Origin: Candidatus Oleincola secundus
Lineage (GTDB): Bacteria; Atribacterota; Phoenicimicrobiia; Phoenicimicrobiales; Stramentimicrobiaceae
Direction: 5' to 3'
Assembly: GCA_018400815.1 (NCBI GenBank)
Contig: JAGYLS010000012.1
Location: 1-34,270 of the forward strand
Length of the DNA stretch: 34,270 nucleotides
Shown: one piece after another, positions 28,508 through 34,270 of the stretch
Numbering within the stretch: the stretch's first letter is position 1
Layout: every line of letters starts with the position of its first letter
Notes under the pieces: generated by a model
Told to the model about the DNA's origin: nothing
The model's database searches: none
What the model saw: only the letters and a program-made list of their open reading frames with translations
Position numbers and translations under genes: made by a program

Positions 28508-28785
28508 ACAAAAAACCTTTCATCTCTTAGAGACGAAAGGTCATTCCGTGTTGCCACTCTGGTTGGAACCAATCAGTTCCACTCTGTAAAGTACGGGCAT
28601 TAATTATCTATATACCGATACTCTTTCCTTTTTCACGGAGGAAACCCGTCAGTACTTACTCGGTAGTTCCTTTCAGACTGAAACTCCTGGGACCATTTTG
28701 CAATATAACATTATGCCACATCTCACCAACTGCGGCTCTCTGAAAAATATTGCCATACTGCTACTTAACCCATTCATCATTTTTC
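28508..28785 (-). promoter_or_regulatory. Complete T-box riboswitch; specifier most likely UGG (Trp), alternative AUG (Met)
   Basis: Stem I with AGTA, CAGAGAG and GGTGAGA; specifier bulge AAAAUGGU; Stem II GAA/AGTA; IIA/B pseudoknot; stem III; T-box AGAGTGGCAACACGG; terminator ACCTTTCGTCTCT/AGAGATGAAAGGT-TTTTT. Confidence 0.92.
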
Positions 28786-28801
28786 AATATTAATTTATAT
28801 G

Positions 28802-28830
28802 ATTATAATCGTAAGGTTCTTTTTAGTCAA
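28802..28830 (-). promoter_or_regulatory. Sigma70 promoter of the T-box leader
   Basis: TTGACT-N17-TATAAT. Confidence 0.75.
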
Positions 28831-28845
28831 ATAATTTTATTTTAT

Positions 28846-30588
28846 TTAATTTTCTTCAATCTCATCAGGAATAAAACCTTTAAATTGAGCTTGATATAGC
28901 TTAGCATAAAGTTGTTTTTTGTCAATTAGTTGATCGTGAGTTCCTTTCTCTACAATTCCCTGATTGGTTAATACAATAATCATATCAGCATTCCTGATGG
29001 TGGAAAGCCGATGGGCTATTACCAGTACTGTTCTGCCAACTGTCAATCGTTCCAGGGCTTTTTGGATAATAGATTCTGATTCGGTATCCAGGGAAGATGT
29101 TGCTTCATCCAGAATAAGAATCGGAGGATTTTTAAGAAAAGCCCTTGCTAATGAAACCCTCTGTTTCTGACCTCCGGAAAGCTTGAGTCCCTTTTCTCCA
29201 ATATAAGTATCGTAACCATCCGGTAAAGTGTCAATAAAATCATGGATATTAGCATCTCTGGCTGCCTGAATAATTTCTTCCTGTCCGGCATCAGGCTTTC
29301 CGTACAGTATATTCTCACCAATAGTACCGGTGAATAAAAAAACATCCTGTTGGACCAGGCCAACATTTTTCCTCAGTGAATTTAATTTGATATCTTTTAT
29401 GTTAATTCCATCAATCAAAATTTCTCCTGAATCTACTTCATAAAATCTAGGAATCAAGTGACATAAGGTAGTCTTGCCTGCTCCGGAAGGTCCTACCAAG
29501 GCCAGCATTTTCCCAGGCTCAATAAATAAATCGATATTGGATAAAACAACTTCTTCTTCCTTGTAACTAAAGGATACATTTTTAAATTCAACTTTTCCTC
29601 GTATATTTTTTAATTCCACAGCATTGTCTTTATCTGCAATAGATGGTTCAATTTTCATTAATTCCGTAAACCTTTCAAACCCGCTAATTCCTTCCTGCAG
29701 TTGCTGGGTAAAATTCGTTAATTTACGAATAGGCTGCAGGAAAAAGTTTATATATAAAAGATATGCTACCAGATCTCCGATATTAATAATGTTTTGGAAA
29801 ATGAAGTAACCACCTACTCCTAGGGCAATAATATTTAAAAAATTTGACAGGAAAAGAATACCGGAGAAAAATTCTGCCATTGCTTTGTAGGCCATTTCTC
29901 TTGATTCATTAAACTCCTGGTTACCCAGATTAAATTTCTCCATTTCGTATTCTTCATTAGTAAAAGCCTTGGCAACCCGGATACCGGAAATGCTATTCTC
30001 CACTCGGGCATTAATATTGGCAATTTTCTTTCTGACCAATCTAAAAGCTTCTCCCATTTTCTGTCTTTTGATAACCGCATACCATATCAAAATAGCCAGA
30101 AAACTGTAAAGAATTAGAGTAAGACGCCATTCAATCGAGAAGAGAATCGCAAACGAACCTAAAATCATTACTACGGAAACAAATACGTCTTCAGGACCAT
30201 GATGGGCAAGTTCAGCTATACGGTTCAGATCATTCACTACACGGGACATGATATGTCCGGTTTTAACATTATCAAAATAATCAACAGAGAGAGTCTGCAA
30301 ATGTTTGAAGAGATCGGTCCTCATATCCCTTTCCATCCGAGCCCCCAATGCATGGCCCCAGTAGTCAACAATATAATTTAATACCGCCCGAATTACAGCT
30401 AATATAACCAGCACAATGATAAAGAGACCAAAAAGTCTGAGTTTTCCTTCCGGTATAATATTATTAATAAATAGCCTGGTCATTGCTGGAAATACCAAAT
30501 CAATCGAAGCAATCAGAAAGGCACAAATCAAATCTAAAAAAAACAAACCTTTATAAGGTTTGTAGTAGGACACAAACTTCTTAAACAT
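28846..30588 (-). CDS. ABC exporter, fused permease and ATPase (MdlB/YwjA-like)
   Basis: Six-TM domain, ELAHHGPED, GPSGAGKT, LSGGQKQR and DEATSSLD. Confidence 0.93.
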   Translation of the reverse strand: MFKKFVSYYKPYKGLFFLDLICAFLIASIDLVFPAMTRLFINNIIPEGKLRLFGLFIIVLVILAVIRAVLNYIVDYWGHALGARMERDMRTDLFKHLQTLSVDYFDNVKTGHIMSRVVNDLNRIAELAHHGPEDVFVSVVMILGSFAILFSIEWRLTLILYSFLAILIWYAVIKRQKMGEAFRLVRKKIANINARVENSISGIRVAKAFTNEEYEMEKFNLGNQEFNESREMAYKAMAEFFSGILFLSNFLNIIALGVGGYFIFQNIINIGDLVAYLLYINFFLQPIRKLTNFTQQLQEGISGFERFTELMKIEPSIADKDNAVELKNIRGKVEFKNVSFSYKEEEVVLSNIDLFIEPGKMLALVGPSGAGKTTLCHLIPRFYEVDSGEILIDGINIKDIKLNSLRKNVGLVQQDVFLFTGTIGENILYGKPDAGQEEIIQAARDANIHDFIDTLPDGYDTYIGEKGLKLSGGQKQRVSLARAFLKNPPILILDEATSSLDTESESIIQKALERLTVGRTVLVIAHRLSTIRNADMIIVLTNQGIVEKGTHDQLIDKKQLYAKLYQAQFKGFIPDEIEEN

Positions 30589-30638
30589 TTTCTATTCCTT
30601 TTTTTAATAATTAACTTAACCAATACAAACAACATGTG

Positions 30639-30667
30639 ATTGTACCACTAACTGCCATACCTTTCAA
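30639..30667 (-). promoter_or_regulatory. Promoter of the ABC exporter
   Basis: TTGAAA-N17-TACAAT with extended TG. Confidence 0.5.
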
Positions 30668-30716
30668 TATTGCCTATTTATCAGATCTCTTTTCTCATCT
30701 AAGATAATCTTCTATT

Positions 30717-30746
30717 AAAAATAGCCTGAATATTATTTCAGGCTAT
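30717..30746 (-). terminator. Intrinsic terminator after the AraM-HAD fusion gene
   Basis: ATAGCCTGAA...TTCAGGCTAT followed by Ts on the minus strand. Confidence 0.75.
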
Positions 30747-30866
30747 AAATTATTACCCCTATTCATCTTATCATTTGTTATCAATAACAATAAATAATAT
30801 TAAAAATAATAAATTCCCTGAATCAGTCTATATTAATCAAACCATGCGAAAATGCTATTCTAATTA

Positions 30867-33062
30867 CTAATAAATTTCATCCAATATTACCTTTATGTCC
30901 TTCAGGGATTGAAAAACCAGATCCGGTTGAATAACCGAATGAATTAAATCTTCTTTGCTAGTCTCCCCGGATAAGACAAGAATCGTATTCATTTTATTGC
31001 CTTTACCCATGGCAATATCTGTATATAGTCTGTCTCCGATATAGGCAATATCCTCTTCCTTTAGCCTGGTACGCTCAAGTATATATTGAAGTGTATAATG
31101 TGAAGGCTTCCCAAACACAACGGGTTTGACGCCGGTAGAAGCAGTTATCATGGCACAAATCGAACCACAATCAGGAATAAACCCTGTTTCCATCGGGCAA
31201 TTAAAATCCGGGTTGACAGCATAAAATGGAATTCCGTTTCTGATATAATGACATGCCTTGGATACACGTTGATATTCCAGTGTCGTATCAAACCCGACTA
31301 CAACTAAATCAGGATTACCTTCCACAACTTCTATTCCTGCATTTTTAAAATCTTCCCTTAAATACTCATTTCCTACAAGATACACCTGCTTACCCTTTTG
31401 ATTCTCTTTAATATATTTCATTATAACCTGATTAGAAGTCAGGATATCTTTTTCTTCGACAAAACAACCCATTTTTTTTAGTTTTTCCTGGTAATATTTG
31501 GCATTTCTGGAAGAATTATTGGTAAAAAAATAAAAGCGTTTATTACAGTTTTTTACTCCTTCTAAAAACTCCAAAGAACCATCAATGATTTTATCTCCAA
31601 GGTAAAAAGTTCCATCCATGTCAAGAATGAAACACTTAACTTGTTTTAATAATTCTTTTCCTTTTTCTGAGAAAGATACTTTGCTGAGCAGCTGTTCTTT
31701 ATAAAAATAGTCCACTACTTTCTTTGAGTATTCCTCCAACAATCCTAAGTCCCACAATAACTGCAAGATGGTATAACGATTTCTGATTTCCTTTCCATAA
31801 AGTAAACTATTTAAAAAAGTTTCAGCATCAATTCCTACCTCAATCGGGTTAATCGGTGCTTCTACTTCTTTTAATATTTTCTCAATAGTAGTTACATCAG
31901 GAATCAGCTTATCTATCACTTTTATCATTTCAGGCCATTTCTTTTTAATTATTTCAATCCGTTCTTTATGTTTCTCCAGGGAATTTTTCTTCGACTGTTC
32001 TTCCATGCTTATTACTGCAGGTGCCCCGGCCTGATATATTCTATTTATCTGCTCTACCCATTTTTCTTTATTAAAATTTTTTACCTTTTCAGCCGAAGCA
32101 GCAAAATCTATTTTTTGTCCTTTTAACATTTGATATAACTTCAGAACAGTTATTGTAGTTATTCCTACTTTTGTTCCATGCAGTACAGCTTCTTTACCCC
32201 TGAACAGAAACATCATCTCCAAAAAATGTGACAGGTGATGTTCGGAACCGGAAGCAGGCCGGGAACTTCCGACAAAGCTCATTGCTATACCGGTTAATAT
32301 TAATCCTTCCGTAAGATTGGCAAGGGCTGTATCATTGCCATTCTTAATACCCTCAATATTATTTGTACATTTTTCTATAGAATTACGTACTAAATCAACA
32401 ACATATTTACAGTAATATTCTCCATTAATAATTCTTGATAATTCCCAGTCACATAAACAGGTATATTTTCCAAGTATATCCCCAAGCCCTGCACTAATCA
32501 TGTTCAGTGGAGCTCTTTTTAGAATATTTATATCGGCAATAATCGCTTTCGGTGGAACAACCTCATAGGTAGTTTTTAGATTATCTACAATCAGGGCAGC
32601 CCCAACCGAAGAAAATCCATCCATAGAAGGAGCTGTAGCAACAATTATATAGGGAATATTTAATTTATAACTTACAAATTTTGCTAAGTCATTTAATGTT
32701 CCGGTACCGATTGCAATAATGATATCAGCATCTTTGTTAACGTGAATCAAAAATTCGCTGACACTATTTTCATTAGGGACTAATTGTCCTTTTCTTTTGA
32801 AAACATGTGTAGCCAGGTCAAATCCCTTTTCTTTTAATAACTGCTCTACCTTTTCCCCTGCAGCATCATAAGTATTATTATCTGCTACCAAAAAGATTTT
32901 TTTGTACTGGTATTTCACCAGCAAATCCGGCAATGTATCAATTGCACCTTTTCTGATAATAATATCCTCTATATCCGCACGATGTGTTTTCCCACAGGAA
33001 CATTTGATATCTTTATTTAACAAGTCCTGAATTTGATAATCTTTGATACCTTGCACTGTCAT
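30867..33062 (-). CDS. Fusion of sn-glycerol-1-phosphate dehydrogenase (AraM/EgsA) and HAD-IIA phosphatase (NagD/AraL-like)
   Basis: N-part: CSCGKTH, IGTGTLNDLAK, TAPSMDGF, SRPASGSEHHLSH, LHGTKVG. C-part: ILDMDGT, FTNNSS, FGKP, IGDRLYTDI. Confidence 0.92.
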   Translation of the reverse strand: MTVQGIKDYQIQDLLNKDIKCSCGKTHRADIEDIIIRKGAIDTLPDLLVKYQYKKIFLVADNNTYDAAGEKVEQLLKEKGFDLATHVFKRKGQLVPNENSVSEFLIHVNKDADIIIAIGTGTLNDLAKFVSYKLNIPYIIVATAPSMDGFSSVGAALIVDNLKTTYEVVPPKAIIADINILKRAPLNMISAGLGDILGKYTCLCDWELSRIINGEYYCKYVVDLVRNSIEKCTNNIEGIKNGNDTALANLTEGLILTGIAMSFVGSSRPASGSEHHLSHFLEMMFLFRGKEAVLHGTKVGITTITVLKLYQMLKGQKIDFAASAEKVKNFNKEKWVEQINRIYQAGAPAVISMEEQSKKNSLEKHKERIEIIKKKWPEMIKVIDKLIPDVTTIEKILKEVEAPINPIEVGIDAETFLNSLLYGKEIRNRYTILQLLWDLGLLEEYSKKVVDYFYKEQLLSKVSFSEKGKELLKQVKCFILDMDGTFYLGDKIIDGSLEFLEGVKNCNKRFYFFTNNSSRNAKYYQEKLKKMGCFVEEKDILTSNQVIMKYIKENQKGKQVYLVGNEYLREDFKNAGIEVVEGNPDLVVVGFDTTLEYQRVSKACHYIRNGIPFYAVNPDFNCPMETGFIPDCGSICAMITASTGVKPVVFGKPSHYTLQYILERTRLKEEDIAYIGDRLYTDIAMGKGNKMNTILVLSGETSKEDLIHSVIQPDLVFQSLKDIKVILDEIY

Positions 33063-33126
33063 TCTCCTTCTGTGTATTTGATTGCTTATTAATCTTACAT
33101 CATAAAATGATTTATCATCTTTTTAA

Positions 33127-33930
33127 TTAATCCCTGTCAATTATTCTAATTTTGAAAATCTTGGGCCAAAGTTTACCGGTAACAAATAACTGGCTATTTT
33201 CCGAATCATAAGCTATTCCATTTAAGACATCAATTTTTTGATTAACATCTACTGTGTCTAAAATGCTGCTTAAATCAAGCCAGGATCTAACTTTGCCCGA
33301 TTCCGGTTCAATGATTGCGATTTTGTCCGTTTGCCAGATATTGGCATAAATATAACCCTGGATATATTCTAATTCATTAATCTGATCAACATTATTTTGC
33401 CTTTCATAGACTTCAATCTGTTTTATTTCCTCTAATGTAAAGGGGTCCAAAAAGCGCAACAGATGAGTTCCGTCACTGATAATCAAATATTCTCCATCAT
33501 GAGTAATTCCCCATCCTTCATAATCATAAGAAAATGTCTCTAACAATTGAAATGTTTCAATATCATAAATAAAGCCTGTCTGTTCTTTCCAGGTCAGCTG
33601 GTATATTCTATCCTTAAAAATCGTGATGCCCTCCCCAAAGAAATTATCCGGAAGATTACGTTGATTCAATATAATCCCTGTTTTCGGTTCTATTTTACGC
33701 AAGGATGATTGCCCGTAAAGACCGGTACCCTCGTAAAAAAAGCCCTCATTCCATACTAATCCCTGGGTAAAGGCTTTCGGATCGTGGGGAAAATCATCAA
33801 TTATCTCATATTGAAGTACGGGAGTATGATTATTATCAGAATAAATAAGGCAACTTTCAAAAAACAAAACTAGAAACAATAATAGCCCAATTAATAATAA
33901 TTTTCGTACCAGGGGACGGTCCTTTGTCAC
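33127..33930 (-). CDS. Glutaminyl-peptide cyclotransferase (bacterial/plant type), exported
   Basis: PHDPKAFTQGL, EGTGLYG, FGEG, LTW, EGWG, SDG, NELE, VLNGIA and VTGKLW. Confidence 0.95.
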   Translation of the reverse strand: MTKDRPLVRKLLLIGLLLFLVLFFESCLIYSDNNHTPVLQYEIIDDFPHDPKAFTQGLVWNEGFFYEGTGLYGQSSLRKIEPKTGIILNQRNLPDNFFGEGITIFKDRIYQLTWKEQTGFIYDIETFQLLETFSYDYEGWGITHDGEYLIISDGTHLLRFLDPFTLEEIKQIEVYERQNNVDQINELEYIQGYIYANIWQTDKIAIIEPESGKVRSWLDLSSILDTVDVNQKIDVLNGIAYDSENSQLFVTGKLWPKIFKIRIIDRD

Positions 33931-33931
33931 G
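33911..33931. repeat. REP-like motif at the transposase 3' end
   Basis: AGGGGACGGTCCTTTGTCACG, related to the GGGGACAGGTCCCTTG repeats near mntP. Confidence 0.5.
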
Positions 33932-34270
33932 ATTCATTCCTCCCAGCCCTGTAAACCATCCCTCGATCGATATTTAGAAATTCAGCAATTTCTCTCTCTG
34001 AATAAATTGATCTTTCTCTCAATTCTTGAATCAATTTATCCCGAAATCCTTTATTTCTTTTTTCAGAAATTAAATCAAGGTTAAGTTTATTTCTTTTTAA
34101 AAATTGATCCCGAAAATTTTTCACCTTTGAATAGGTATTAATTTCCTTGTTTTCCTTGTTGTGTTCTTTATATTCCAAGAAACTATATCTCTCCTCTTTT
34201 TTCTGCGAAAAATCAATAAACTGATAGCGCGCTTGTAATAAATCTTCTGAAAAAATTTTTAAAACATCAT
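33927..34270 (-). CDS. C-terminal part of a probable REP-associated tyrosine (Y1) transposase; 5' part outside the window
   Basis: Open to the window edge: DVLKIFSEDLLQARYQFIDF...FLEY...RDKLIQELRERSIYSEREIAEFLNIDRGMVYRA (terminal HTH), with an adjacent REP-like motif. The catalytic HUH region is not visible. Confidence 0.6.
   Translation of the reverse strand, partial: DVLKIFSEDLLQARYQFIDFSQKKEERYSFLEYKEHNKENKEINTYSKVKNFRDQFLKRNKLNLDLISEKRNKGFRDKLIQELRERSIYSEREIAEFLNIDRGMVYRAGRNES

Overview
Low-GC, gene-dense bacterial chromosomal window with most genes on the minus strand. A TonB/ExbBD/outer-membrane receptor set shows the organism is diderm, yet it uses Firmicutes-style T-box regulation. 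This mix suggests an Atribacterota-like anaerobe, which is inference only. In order, it contains: tldD (cut by the window edge); yhaM with a broken N-terminal OB fold; a ~2.5 kb decay zone (tRNA-Leu-like, rhodanese and RRM pseudogenes); a DUF2089/SHOCT pair; a ProU/OpuA betaine ABC operon; a PEGA-caspase lipoprotein; mntP bracketed by two REP-like palindromes; plsX; a cobalamin-riboswitch-controlled btuB-tonB-exbB-exbD unit with an adjacent Fe/B12 ABC transporter; a truncated iodotyrosine-deiodinase-like nitroreductase next to lysE; a T-box-controlled TAXI-TRAP plus stand-alone molybdopterin enzyme operon; an ABC exporter; an AraM(G1PDH)-HAD phosphatase fusion; glutaminyl cyclase; and the probable C-terminus of a RAYT-like transposase. 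Five co-oriented copies of an unannotated non-autonomous IS200-like hairpin element lie in intergenic regions. The best candidate for an undescribed system is the partially double T-box (most likely Trp, possibly Met) driving a TRAP importer and a cytoplasmic Mo-bisPGD enzyme, which looks like an amino-acid-starvation salvage pathway. All calls come from reading and hand translation; no database searches were run.
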